Source: Phoronis australis (lineage: Eukaryota > Animalia > Phoronida). From it: a DNA stretch of 42,750 bases. This document shows positions 28,001-37,812 of the stretch, one piece after another. The position numbers and the translations under genes were made by a program. Position 1 is the stretch's first letter. Each line of letters starts with the position of its first letter. The notes under the pieces were generated by a model that was given only the letters and a program-made list of their open reading frames with translations, ran no database searches and was not told where the DNA came from. The stretch is from positions 1 through 42,750 of the forward strand of contig NMRA01001179.1 in the NCBI GenBank assembly GCA_002633005.1, given 5' to 3'.

Positions 28001-31000
28001 TCCGTAAGTAGAATGATACATAAGTCTCTGGTAAGATCGGGCCAGTGAGTTTGAAGAAACCAATCAACAGGGTTACTTTTCTATTTTGCAATGTGAAATT
28101 GGTTTCAAGAAGCAAGCAAACATAAAAACCATGGATGAATCTCCTCCCAGCCAACCACGCAGCGCAATTCTCATATTATTTCTTTCTGCGGCTTTCGAAC
28201 ATTCTCTATGATTTCTGTTTTGTATCTTATCTGCACCACGTCCACGTCGTAACAGTACGTTAATTCTCGAAAAAGCCGCGTTGACCTACATGTAGTTCAT
28301 GCAGCTAAATGACACACAAACTCCATCCACAGTTAATCACGAGATTCTGAGCAATCGGGCAGACTCGATAAGGTCGCTAAAACAGCACGATTATTCCTAA
28401 CTTTATGCATTTTGCAATCCCAAATTAATCTTATTTTGAAAGTATTAATGCCCTACTCGAGTAGCTGCTATAACTACATGTACTAAAAAACCATCAAAGT
28501 TCTAATATCATTCCATTTGTGCACTTCTCGATCACCGCCGTGCCTTACTGCCTATTTCAGAGGTTGCAATTTTGGGATTTATTTCAATTTTTGAACATCG
28601 ATTTCTCGGCGATGCGCGAACGGATTGCAATGAAATTTTGAATTACTAGCTATTTATTAATAATAACTTTCAATGGGAACCCAATTTCAAAATTTAGATT
28701 TAGGCCCAAATTTTTCAGAACGAAGCCTTCAAAAATCAAGCGTACGGCCAATTTTGTTAAAAATGCTCTAAAAGTGGACAAAATAATATCTATTTCAAAA
28801 ATCTGCGACACGGTTCCTTCGAAAATGAAGTTATCAACATGTTGACAAAAGACGAATATGATTGGGTGAACAATATTGTCAAAATCTCTGTTCAAAGACA
28901 TTTTTTTACTAAAGATGCATGTCTCGTAAAAATAAAGACATGTAGAGAAGAATGACAAATTAAATTCTTTCAGGAAATTTATCCACATGTACGAAAATTT
29001 ATACTTTTTAGCAGTTACAGATAATTGCACATAAGTAAAACCTGGTAAACAAGGTTCACAGTTACCTAAAAACGAATGTTAACGATTCTCGTTCTAGGCG
29101 AACATTGGCATTCTGCTCCTCGTTCTGAGAAGATTTCTACAGCTGAAGTCCAACACAAAAAAGACTGATATTGAAAGGATAGGGTTGGTAAACATTAACA
29201 GTAACCCTTCCTTGAAAATGAAAATGCTATACGTTTCGAGATAAGATTTTTTATGGAAATCTATTCTCGTGCAATTAAAGTATCATTTCGTCACCGTTTA
29301 GATGTTAATGCTGAATTCGTAAATGAAGTATTTTGGGGTAGAGCAACATTACCAGGCTAATACGATTGCGAATTCACTCCGAATGAGCCAAAACCAAAAG
29401 TCCTTCACGTGCTTGCGTTAAAAGGGAAGTTAAAACTGTCGGGACATCCGGGTATCACGTAGAACAACCAGAGAACTATCTTTGGGGAGCTACAAAGGCC
29501 GATGTCTGTTGGTTACTTAAAGGTGAATGTCACCCAAAAAACAACCTATTTTGTATCAATTTAGATCGAGTAGTTCTACTGGACGTTCGGTTGCGTTACC
29601 TGACACCTGGCGGCAGACATAGGTGTTGAAATTATCCAATGACGTAATTGGTTTCACACGCAGTCTGTTCAGCAGTTCACGACACGGGCTACTGGTGTCA
29701 GCTTATCGATTGAATTCACCGCTTAACACCAATAAATGATCAAACTTCGATGTAATACCCTTAAAAACACACCGAGTTCTTAGAAAAAACCTGTTGTTTA
29801 ATTTCGCTGTTACGGATTTACTGGTATTTGGACACACCGTAGCCTACAAACTTCAGCAGCTAGGCCAATTTACCAAGGTCCGTAGCACTGAGGAGTTTGG
29901 GGTCTGTTCAATGATAAATTCGAAGTATTCTTCCGTGAAGTACAGACAGGAGAAACTAGATCTGTGTTGTACTACTTGTGATTTTATGAGTTCTAATTAC
30001 ACAAAACGCTTGTTCAAGTTGTCCCGGCCAGTGGCTCGGAACCGGATCAGGCCCGTCGCGGCCGGACTGACACGTTATCCTAGCCAGTGGCTTGGTACTC
30101 GATCAGGCCCGGCGTGGCGGCCGCCGGGACTGGCACGAACATAAGCCAGCTTGAGTTGGAAACCTAACCTCCAGGCACGAAAAGACTATAATAGTGAGGC
30201 AAAGAAATAATGTGCAGTGCACGTAATTTTTTATGTGAATTAACCACAAAACTTAAAATCTACTTGCTTGTACTTGTCGCGGGCCGCGATGTCGGGTTCC
30301 CCTTCCACAAACCGTCAGGGTAAAGGTTGTACAGTAACAATGATTTGAATAATGTATTTGTATTTCTAAATAGAGATTCCCTGACATGTGACCATAGCAT
30401 AAAAAATCGAGTAATTGTTTCACAACAGCTTTCTGTCGGCAAACACTGTATTAGCATGCGCTCACACGGCCTCGGTGCCCGGTCAATTACCATTGCTGCC
30501 GGCATCAAAAGCCGGTAACACAGTGGTTTATTCACTGTTGGTTTCTCAAAACATTTGCACTCACGAGCACTCCAAGGTATTACAAATTGTATCTAATGAG
30601 GCAGATTTTGTTTCAGTTTCATAAAAGCATTGGTTAGGATGAGAACAATTTATTTTGAAACAGAACGCAGAATAATAAACGTCTACATGCCCACTCACCG
30701 CGAGCCAACCTCGACTTAGACAAGAGCTCAGGCGACGAAGACTTCACGTGTCGGATCGTTAGGTTTCACAGGCTAACAGTTCGAACCGGAGTATATTGAC
30801 CAAGGAAGACTAGAGAGGCACCGTGAACACACATAGGCAACGTAACGTATTGATAGTTCTTCGGTAAGCCGGAATTCGTCAGAGAAATCACTGTCGACGA
30901 AATGCCGGTCACAGACACGGAGATGCTTCGCAGCTTCATAGTTGCCAAAATTAAAAAGCCTACCTTTCGTTCAACACTACTGCGAGCCACTTCCTAAGCA

Positions 31001-34000
31001 TTTTGGGCTCTCGAGGAAGTCGAAAAAACGATATACCCGCTTTCTTCGCAGCTTCATAGTTCGGACAAGCGGGAACGATGCACCGCTATATAGAGGCATT
31101 CACTCTGCAGACGAACCACTGACGCTGCGTCGTTTCTCACCTTCTTCACAGGTTAACACGACAGTTCTCGGCAAGGTGAGGTCGACCGTATAAGAGGCGA
31201 TGTGGATATAGACCGATTAAGATGGTAAAAAAGACTAATTAAATCGGGTGGCATTCTTCTTTAAGTAGAATCCGACCACTAAGAGGAATATCATGGGACC
31301 ATTGTTTATGGGAGTGAAGGCATATTCTGATTTTCGTTTTTTGGCCATGGGAACAGGGTGAAACACATCTTTAAAGCATATACACAAGGAGTGTAGTACA
31401 ATAGGAGAGTACACTCCTTGATACAAGCTAGTGGAATGTCTCATCATTTGCAGCAATGATGAAGATACTAAACACTATAGCCGGGCGTGATTAAATTCGC
31501 TGGTTCAGCAGAGTCAACCGGTCATGATATTTGGTGACTATCTCCAAGTAACATGGCTTGTCCGGCGGAGTCATCCAAGGGCATAATGCTTTTAAGCTAG
31601 TCTAGTGTATGAAATTCCGATGCGAGGCTTGAAGTTGTGGATCAGAAGTCACGGACACAAACACGTTATCGTGCTCGCACAGGTTGTTTCAGACTTCTCC
31701 TCTGGTGAAGACGGTTATATACTGTCGAAAATCCACCTATAGGTATGTATTCTCTTTGTTAAGCTGATTGTTCTGAAACCCCCACGACCCCCACACCCAT
31801 CGACCCACGACCCCCTCGACCCACAACCCCCTCAACGCACGATCTGTGGCAATAGACTCGGAGGTATCTGTGGGTGTTTTATATACTTCTTAATCTTATT
31901 ACGTCGCCGGGTGACTTTCCCGATATACATAACTACACGCAGGCCTGCTCTAGGGAGAATTAAAAACAGAAAGAGGCGTGAGAACGCCGGTGGTCTTGAT
32001 TAGCGCAGTGTGAGCAAGCTATCGTTGTCAACGTAATACTTTCACGAGCGGCTATCAATGGCACAGTTCTAATAAACTTAGGGAGAGAGTACGCTAAATT
32101 GAAAGTACAAAATTTCTTATTTTTATTATTTACCTTACGATTTATACTCGTTTAAAATATAACCCATATAACAATGAAATACTTTTTAGTTAACAGTTTG
32201 TTTTTTCAAACTGTATTAACTGGTGAAACTAGAGTTTTGTCGGTACCTCGCACTCTCCGCAAAAACGTTGAATTTGCAATTTACTGATGATCAGACAAGA
32301 CGATTGCACTCTGCCGGGAACTACTTTTCAAACGTTGTTCGGTCTTTGATTGCGTTTGGTCGCGTTGTTTTTTCTGCTTTTGGCTTTCAAACTTGACGAA
32401 TCGACTGCCTTAATTGCTAAGAAAAAAAAAACAGGGAAAAGCCAACCGAGCTCACGACACAACTCATTAGTACTGCAAGCCAGCGCTTTTTCTGTGTTCA
32501 GATCGAGTAGATCTTGAGTAGACTGGGTCGAAGCGATTGTGGGTCGAGGGGGTCGTGGGGGTCGAGTGGTGTGGAGGTCGGGGGGGTGTTCAGAATAATC
32601 CTTATTACAGCTGCAACCCATGGTATGCTGTTGCACCGTGTGCAAACCCACGAGCGGGATTTGTTCGATGTTACCTGTATTCGAGGAGTCTGGGGAAGCT
32701 AAGGTCATTAGAAGTTAGTGTTGTCTTCAAGGGTGCATTGTACTTGTATATTAATGAAAAATTGCTGCCAGTATACAAAAACGTTTTTCTTTTCAGGAAA
32801 GCGCTCAAAGCATCATTTTCTCTCACTCCACTTCTCGGGGTAACGTGGATATTTGGTTTCCTAGGTAACACGCATGTTGCCTTTATGTACGTGTTTGTGA
32901 TTTTGCTGGCTTTCCAAGGCGTTTGTTTGTTCTTCGTTCATTGTGCACTCAACGGAGAGGTATAGTCTTATCACTTACAAATATGACTATTTCTAGACGT
33001 AGTTTAAGTTTTGCTACTAGTTCTAGCAGTACCACTCCTTAGTACACGTACCTACTGCTACTGCTACCAGTACTATTACTACTACTTACTGCACGTACCT
33101 ACTACTACTGCTACTAATACTATAACTACTACTTGCTACACGTACCAACTACTACTGCTACCACTAGTACTATTGCCACTACTTACTACAGGTACCTACT
33201 ACTAGTAGTAGTACAATTACTACTAGTTATTACAGGTACCTACTACTACTGCTGCTAGTAGTTCTATTACCACTTCTTCTACAGGTACTTACAATTGCTG
33301 CTACTAGTACCATTAGTACTACTTACTACAGGTACCTACTACTACTACCACTACTATTACTACTAATAACTACACGTACTCATTACTACTACTACTACTT
33401 ACTACAGGTACCTACTACTACCGCTATTAGTAATATTACTACTACTTAATACTGGTACCTACTACTTCTGGTACTATTAATATTACTACTACTTACTATA
33501 CGTACCCACTACTACTTCCACTAGTACTAGTACTTCTGCTTAGTACAGGTACCTACTACTACTGCTACTAGTAATATTACAACAACTTACTACAGGTAAC
33601 TACTACTACTGCTACTATTATTATTACTAATACTTACTACAGATAAATACTACTACTGCTACTAGTATTATTAATACAGGTACCCACTACTACTGCAACT
33701 AGTACTATTATTGCTACTTACTACACGTACTTACTACTACTGCTACTATTACTATTATTACTACTACTCACTATAGGTATCTACTACTGCTGCAACTAGT
33801 ACTATTACTACTTCCTATTACACGTACTTAGTACCACTGCTATTAGTACTATTACTACTATTTATTACACGTACTTACTACTACTGCTACCAGTTCTGTA
33901 ACTACTAGTTGCTACATATACCTACCACTACTACTACTACCACTACTACTACTACTGCTACTACTACCAGTAGTACTATTACTACTACTTGCTACAGGTA

Positions 34001-34555
34001 CCTGCTGCTACTGCTACTATTACTATTACAACTACGTGCTACACGTACTGCTGCTACTAGTACTACTACTACTACTTACTACACGTACTTACTCTTACTG
34101 CTGCCAATATGCAGTCTTATCTTCTGTTTGTTGAGCCAACAAATATTCATGCAACACCTTCTGTTGTGGTTTTAATACGGCCAGGTAACATTCCTAATGA
34201 AAACATTGGCCTAATGATGTTCATTATTAGTTTGAGCTGGCAGTTTTGCTTCCACGAATTTGACATTTTTGGGTTAAATGTTGCGATTTCAATTTTACCT
34301 AAATCGTCAAAGTCAGGGATGCGCTAGTCTATGAAGTCGCATTAATGCTCTGAACTGTGCGAACTTTTGAGAGGGTCTGTTCTGATCTTCACTCTTATTT
34401 CCTTTGTATTCCAGATCCAAATCAAGTTCAAGAGAATGTTCAGTTCTAAAATCGGTTCTTCACACGCAGTTCGCACTGGATCGTCAAGTCCAACTGCACC
34501 TTGGCCCAAGTTGATGAAGAAACTTGAGCCTCGTGAAGGAACAGTCAAGTTCTAG
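631..34555 (+). CDS. Multi-exon adhesion GPCR (CTLD - S/T stalk - GAIN/GPS - 7TM). join(631-1080,7859-8175,12982-13170,13628-13787,14347-14472,15684-15865 [or 17185-17366],18057-18103,18355-18469,18840-18943,19820-19922,24836-25056,27266-27335,[TM5/ICL3 exon unresolved],32797-32959,34415-34555)
   Basis: Each exon has an AG acceptor (most with a pyrimidine tract) and a GT donor. Phases chain correctly (1,0,0,1,1,0,2,0,2,0,2,0,[gap],2,0). Family motifs seen: GPS C-x2-W...W-x3-GC...CxCNHMTNFALL, TM2 IHSNL, TM3 LLHYFFMASFMWMFIEG, TM4 IGWCLP, ECL2 CWI, TM5 FIAP, TM6 PLLGVTWIFG, TM7 FQG..LFFVHC. Confidence 0.9.
2098..3190 (+). pseudogene. Integrase remnant (H2C2 zinc finger, DDE core, GPY/F)
   Basis: AHESIVGGHLG..FYWPG..CRSCDI; AVDLIGP; VLSDCGTQFTS; TTPYNPKCNGLCER; GFSPFELLYGR; WRGPYKV. 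Split over three frames. Confidence 0.92.
3340..4671 (+). pseudogene. Reverse transcriptase-RNase H remnant
   Basis: SPAVLVKKKDGSNRFCIDFRRLN, FTKIDLSK, PFGL, with the YxDD region apparently deleted near 3930. RNase H motifs VQTDASDTGIG, RERNYS, RWALILQNY, NVGADYLSR*. Contains stops and frameshifts. Confidence 0.92.
4786..5759 (+). repeat. 3' LTR of the gypsy element
   Basis: Starts TGTCA just after the PPT and aligns by eye to 37813-38446. Right end uncertain (5662 or 5759). Confidence 0.8.
7859..8175 (+). CDS. aGPCR exon: Ser/Thr-rich mucin-like stalk
   Basis: ORF 7840-8211 is very S/T rich. Acceptor ttctAG at 7857-58, donor GTAAGT at 8176, phase 1 to 0. Confidence 0.75.
12130..12265 (-). 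pseudogene. Possible degenerate THAP-domain N-terminus (DNA transposon remnant)
   Basis: From the ATG at 12265: MPGQY*CCAVGCNADSRK...FFFPMVFKDKRQR, resembling THAP C-x3-C...F..FP..D..RR. The C-terminal CS.HF was not found. Confidence 0.35.
12982..13170 (+). CDS. aGPCR exon: GAIN helical subdomain (VFEVGRLL...SSTVE)
   Basis: Acceptor ttgcAG at 12980-81, donor GTGAGC at 13171, phase 0-0, amphipathic helical sequence. Confidence 0.7.
13628..13787 (+). CDS. aGPCR exon: GAIN (KYLDVLSV...SNGEI)
   Basis: Long T tract and AG at 13626-27, donor GTAAGC at 13788, phase 0 to 1. Confidence 0.7.
14347..14472 (+). CDS. aGPCR exon: GAIN (GMSFVSEIW...KDCQ), copy 1
   Basis: Acceptor ttAG at 14345-46, donor GTAAGA at 14473, phase 1-1. 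Confidence 0.7.
14496..14855. repeat. 24-bp minisatellite (TGTTTCACTTGGGATAGTCCAAAT), 15 units
   Basis: Counted directly; intronic, starts about 23 bp after the donor. Confidence 0.95.
15684..15865 (+). CDS. aGPCR exon: GAIN beta subdomain (GTVAFVVYKNL...INSKIVSVSL...NITLIL), copy 1
   Basis: Typical GAIN motifs F.VYKNL and INS.IVS. Acceptor ttccAG at 15682-83, donor GTAAGT at 15866, phase 1 to 0. Confidence 0.8.
16108..16346. repeat. Same 24-bp minisatellite, 10 units, in the duplicated block
   Basis: Counted directly. Confidence 0.95.
17185..17366 (+). CDS. Duplicate copy of GAIN exon 15684-15865 (His to Asn difference)
   Basis: Near-identical sequence and splice sites within a duplicated block. 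Confidence 0.65.
18057..18103 (+). CDS. aGPCR exon: first part of GPS motif (NNDLVTKCAYWKQAI)
   Basis: Acceptor atttAG at 18055-56, donor GTAACT at 18104, phase 0 to 2. Absent from the ORF track. Confidence 0.85.
18355..18469 (+). CDS. aGPCR exon: GPS cleavage site and Stachel (RWSLDGC...CTCNHM/TNFALLLVANPDVQ)
   Basis: Canonical GPS consensus, predicted cleavage between codons 18425-27 (M) and 18428-30 (T). Phase 2 to 0. Confidence 0.92.
18840..18943 (+). CDS. aGPCR exon: TM1 (ILSILSTAGLTLSLIALGSLLACYILL)
   Basis: Acceptor ttacAG at 18838-39, donor GTAAGT at 18944, phase 0 to 2. Confidence 0.9.
18978..19338 (-). mobile_element. tRNA-derived retroposon (SINE-like) with direct repeat, inverted end and 13-bp TSD
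   Basis: Minus strand 19110-19036 carries an A box (TAGCTCAGTGAT) and B box (GGTTCGATTACC). Flanks TACGAACTTCATA (18965-77) and TACGAAATTCATA (19339-51). Confidence 0.7.
19820..19922 (+). CDS. aGPCR exon: ICL1-TM2 (FMIHSNLALALFLGQILFI)
   Basis: T tract and AG at 19818-19, donor GTAAAT at 19923, phase 2 to 0. Confidence 0.92.
20424..20738. repeat. ~39-bp minisatellite (ATCAAATCATTTCATTATGATTCAAAAGATTTCTACCCT), ~8 units
   Basis: Seen directly. Confidence 0.92.
20817..20925. repeat. 37-bp tandem repeat, 3 units (GGGTGCCGTATGA.AAGTTCCTATACAAAAAATCCTT)
   Basis: Seen directly. Confidence 0.9.
21121..23120 (-). mobile_element. 5'-truncated, decayed non-LTR retrotransposon (LINE; RTE-X-like, clade tentative)
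   Basis: Frameshifted RT: NYRGISHLSAIGKLFTSILINRL, CAFIDFSKAFDRV, GTRQDC.INPLL, LLHADD, LGECGRYP. C-terminal HRLAVGTGRH..C..DEYHFLLVC. (AAAT)n tail near 21132-21149. Confidence 0.9.
24836..25056 (+). CDS. aGPCR exon: TM3-TM4
   Basis: CKVIGVLLHYFFMASFMWMFIEGLNL...YILIGWCLPLVIVGIS...GYG. Donor GTAGGT at 25057, phase 0 to 2. Confidence 0.95.
26777..27169. repeat. 58-bp minisatellite, ~6.8 units
   Basis: Unit GGTTACACCTTGATGTTGTCATTGAACGTCTTTACATTAGATCAGTATAGTGTAATAT. Confidence 0.95.
27266..27335 (+). CDS. aGPCR exon: ECL2 and first half of TM5 (ICWISHEDGAIYGFIAPSAVVLL)
   Basis: Acceptor tttcAG at 27264-65, donor GTAAAT at 27336, phase 2 to 0. Absent from the ORF track; the 3' boundary may extend (see findings). 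Confidence 0.9.
28055..29520 (+). repeat. Unclassified interspersed repeat, copy 1 (resumes at 31261-31362 after an insertion)
   Basis: Collinear with 38705-39860, e.g. the shared CATGTTGACAAAAGACGAATATGATTGGGTGAACAATATTG. Confidence 0.85.
29521..31260. mobile_element. Non-autonomous TIR DNA transposon with TTAA TSD (Kolobok-like)
   Basis: TTAA|AGGTGAATGTCACCC...GGGTGGCATTCTTCT|TTAA (12/15 inverted match, purine termini). The empty site with a single TTAA is at 39757-60. Confidence 0.8.
31762..32603. mobile_element. MITE-like element with ~65-bp imperfect TIRs built of CGACCC motifs
   Basis: GATTGTTCTGAAACCCCCACGACC...CTCGACCCACAA (from 31766) is the inverse of TTGTGGGTCGAG...GGGGTGTTCAGAATAATC (to ~32601). 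Possible TA TSD. Confidence 0.7.
32797..32959 (+). CDS. aGPCR exon: TM6-TM7
   Basis: KALKASFSLTPLLGVTWIFGFL...AFMYVFVILLAFQGVCLFFVHCALNGE. Acceptor at 32795-96, donor GTATAG at 32960, phase 2 to 0. Confidence 0.95.
33014..34098. repeat. ~1.1-kb degenerate (TAC)n microsatellite with a higher-order ~40-50-bp unit
   Basis: TACTAC runs punctuated by ACAGGTACC/ACACGTAC. Confidence 0.95.
34415..34555 (+). CDS. aGPCR last coding exon: helix 8 and C-tail (IQIKFKRMF...EGTVKF*)
   Basis: Strong pyrimidine tract and ccAG at 34413-14, phase 0, basic helix-8-like start, stop TAG at 34553-55. Confidence 0.8.
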   Translation: MQIKFKRMFSSKIGSSHAVRTGSSSPTAPWPKLMKKLEPREGTVKF

Positions 34556-36370
34556 ACTCGCCGAGCTAATGAACTACAAATAACCACACCCGGCTATCTT
34601 TGATAACGTTATTCCGGATTTCCCTGATTTCGCACTATTACGCTGTGAACGAGTTTAGATTGTATTATGCTTCTTCGATTTGGTCTTATAACTTAACTAT
34701 CTGCAATGTATGTGTTGGTCGATTTTAGCTAAAATTGAGCTTTAGCAATCCTAAGATATTTGTTATTAGTTCTCAGATGACTTGGATGATTAAGTGTCGA
34801 ATTATTTCGAAAACGAGGCCTTAGTTGTTTTTAGTGGAATTTGACGTACTTTAATGTCAGGTCAACAATATGACGCAATAATGAAACTGTAAAATGAATG
34901 CGCACGATGGTACGGAACGTGGCCTTCCTGAAGACTACCAAATTTAATTTGATTATAATATCAATTTCCATAAACATGGTGGATAAACTTAACAGGGCAA
35001 CTGGTGAATTCATTTTGTGTTTAAATTCACTTTATTGTGAATCTCTGATGTACCTAATGTACTTACCAATGCAGGTTCATTTCGTTTGCATATTTAAGGT
35101 GTAGAATGTACCAATCATATCTATGGAAATACATATTGACCTACACCTGCCATTGAAATGTATACAAAAACTTTATTATTGAAAGCGTGCGAAATTGAAA
35201 CTACAATATCCGGTTTCCATTTACACTAGCCTACTGACGACTCCGTGTAGATCTATTATTGTTTGAGCTTATGCAATGTAAATGAACCCCACTGCTCTCC
35301 TTTTTGAGAAAGACGTAGTAGGTGTCGATGTCCTTCAATAGAAAACAAGTGCAAGCTAGATGTATACATTTTGAAAATGTTAACAATACTCTATCATGCA
35401 TGGGCCTGACTCAGACAATGTGCACAGACCATAGACACGATACATCTATCTCACAGTTACACCAGCAACCGCTGGTAGCGCGGAAACGTACATGTATAAC
35501 ACTGACCAAATCTCGTTCCTGAAGCTTACTGAAATGCAGGTTTTGACAGCATATATATATATTACAAAAAATAACTTTGTTTCAATTATTGTATATTCCC
35601 TATATTGATAAAAACTATGTTGCTTCCGAAAGCAATACATGTTGGTGTTAAAATCAAATGTTGATCGGTTTGATATCCATAGCACTTTTCCTCAATGAAT
35701 GACGATCTCCTGTGAAAGAAACCCAGTTCACACCGTCCTCGTAGGGATAGTGGTGTTCTTGAACATACAGTCCATTGGGTTCGAATCGTGGCAGGGTCTG
35801 TACCACCAATTGCCCTTTGCAACACTGGCACAGCTTCTACACTCTTGTACAGTGGAAGGTAAACCAACAAAAATGCAGCAAAATCAGTCAACAAAGGAGA
35901 AACGTTATCAGAAACACTCAAACAATTCGAACAATAAACGTCCTAGCGAAAAATGGAAAATACATACTAAAAGCCTGTTAAAATCTCTATTAGTTTACAA
36001 AATTCCACGATCTTTTTTGAAAATATTCCAATTTCGCATTTTTTGAAATTAAAAGTCAAATAATTCAAAGTCTGGCAGAACATGTTTGAGAGCATACCAC
36101 AAAAATTGATCAGCAAAAATTCACGTCGTTTGCTCTTTCCTTTAAAATGATAGCAAAAAAGATTGAAAATGGATGAAAAAGGGGCCTGATCCACCATATC
36201 GAAAGCATTTTCCGTTAAACAGCACTTGATAATAGCCAGTTACAGGAAACAATTCGAAGTGATTAGTTTGACAATGCACGGAAGTAAATGATTTAGGACG
36301 CATCTCCAGTATCCTTCTGCTATAAAAATCATATTAATTTTCACCCCTGTAAGTTAAAAATTGGGACCTC

Positions 36371-37230
36371 TTTTTTTTTCACTGTGATATATATTTATTG
36401 AAGGATATACAGAACATACAAAGAAATGATAACAAACCCAGAAACCGCGAAGCATTATATCTGGGTTGTAAACAATTCATAAATGAAACTTATATACATA
36501 GAGGTATATACAATTAAGTAGTATCTAACATAAGTATTCCAATACTTAGACATGCTATTACAGATATGTAAAAACTAAAATATGTACAGATTCATGTAGG
36601 GAAATCAGATGCAACAATATTGATAAACGGTACATAAACATTTGCTAACGTTGCTTAGGAGGGATTCGTTGAGAACAAAGTCAAGGTTAGGACTACCATT
36701 CAGTAATAATGTAACTCTAGTAGGGATATTATTACAAGAATTGAGAGCGTTAACAATTGATTGGTTATCATTGAGTGCACGAAAGAGTGAGTCTCTCAGG
36801 GATTCAATGAGGGGACATTTGAAGAAAATATGAGGATAAGATTGATGGTCACCACATTTACAGTTTGGAGAGACATTACTAAAGTTGTGCCTGAACTTGT
36901 CAGAGTTGAGGAAAAGGCCACATCTTGATCTGTACAATGCTATTTCCTTATCGCGGGTAAGGGAGAATTGAGTCAAGGGTGTTGAGTTATCAAAATTATG
37001 AAAAACAGTTCTAAAATTATTTTTTACACTCGTAAAAGAGTTGCATTCCATAACAGAGACTGGAAGAGAATTCCAGTTGTTGATGCACATCATGACTGTA
37101 GACCTTCTGAATGCCTGACTGAACGACGGAGGAATTGCATATGGGGTGAAGGCTCTCAAATCACTACGATGGCCTTGTCTAGTATATAGATCAAATATTT
37201 TTTTGACAGACACGTTGTTGACATTGTTTA
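36371..37230 (-). mobile_element. 3' fragment of a CR1-like LINE
   Basis: ORF 36605-37213: NNWNSLP...SF..VKN, R.RCG..LNSDKFRHN..SPNCKCG....HIFFKCP. AATAAA and a poly-A tail on the minus strand at ~36371-36399. Confidence 0.8.
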
Positions 37231-37812
37231 TTACAGATTGCTGACTAATAACAAAAAATCTTCACCATCACTTATCAAGCGCATTGCGAACGCCTTTCAG
37301 ACCACCAAATATCTATGATGGACTTAACCGTTCGCACAAAATACTATTTTAGTGTGTCTTGTTATAGTCGTCTCGCAAAACACAAGCGCGCACCAAAAGC
37401 AGCACAGCGCAACAAATTGCCGTGAAGTTGCCAGACATTCCAGGTCAGAATCAATCTTTACAGAAACATGAAGCGACTACTACGAATAGGCTGGATGCAT
37501 GCAATCAGATTCGCAGTGTATTTCACACCTCCAAAATCCCGGACCCTGACATCCTGGTCAACTACCATACGTCAAATAAGGATTTACATCTACCACCACA
37601 CATTAGTTATGGAAACCAGAAACAACACGATACTCGGCTAGTAACGAAATACTTTGGTCTCCGGTAAGACAGGCTAAGTGAATTACGGTTAAATAAAATC
37701 AGACCCTTGATTGTCTCCAATAAAATGAACGAAAGATCACAGTTTTGAGATTTTTTTGTTTTTTTTTCATATGTGCAGCAATGAGATATATGCAAATGAA
37801 ACACAGACACAG

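Noticed and set aside
31702-31762. Hammerhead-like CTGGTGA-A-GACGGT-TATAT-ACTGTC-GAAA followed by palindrome ACCTATAGGT
   Set aside because: The core reads CUGGUGA rather than CUGANGA and no stem I pairing is evident; at best a dead remnant.
33011-34175. Poly-Thr/Tyr ORFs as a mucin exon
   Set aside because: They derive from the microsatellite, and exons ending 32959 and starting 34415 already join in frame.
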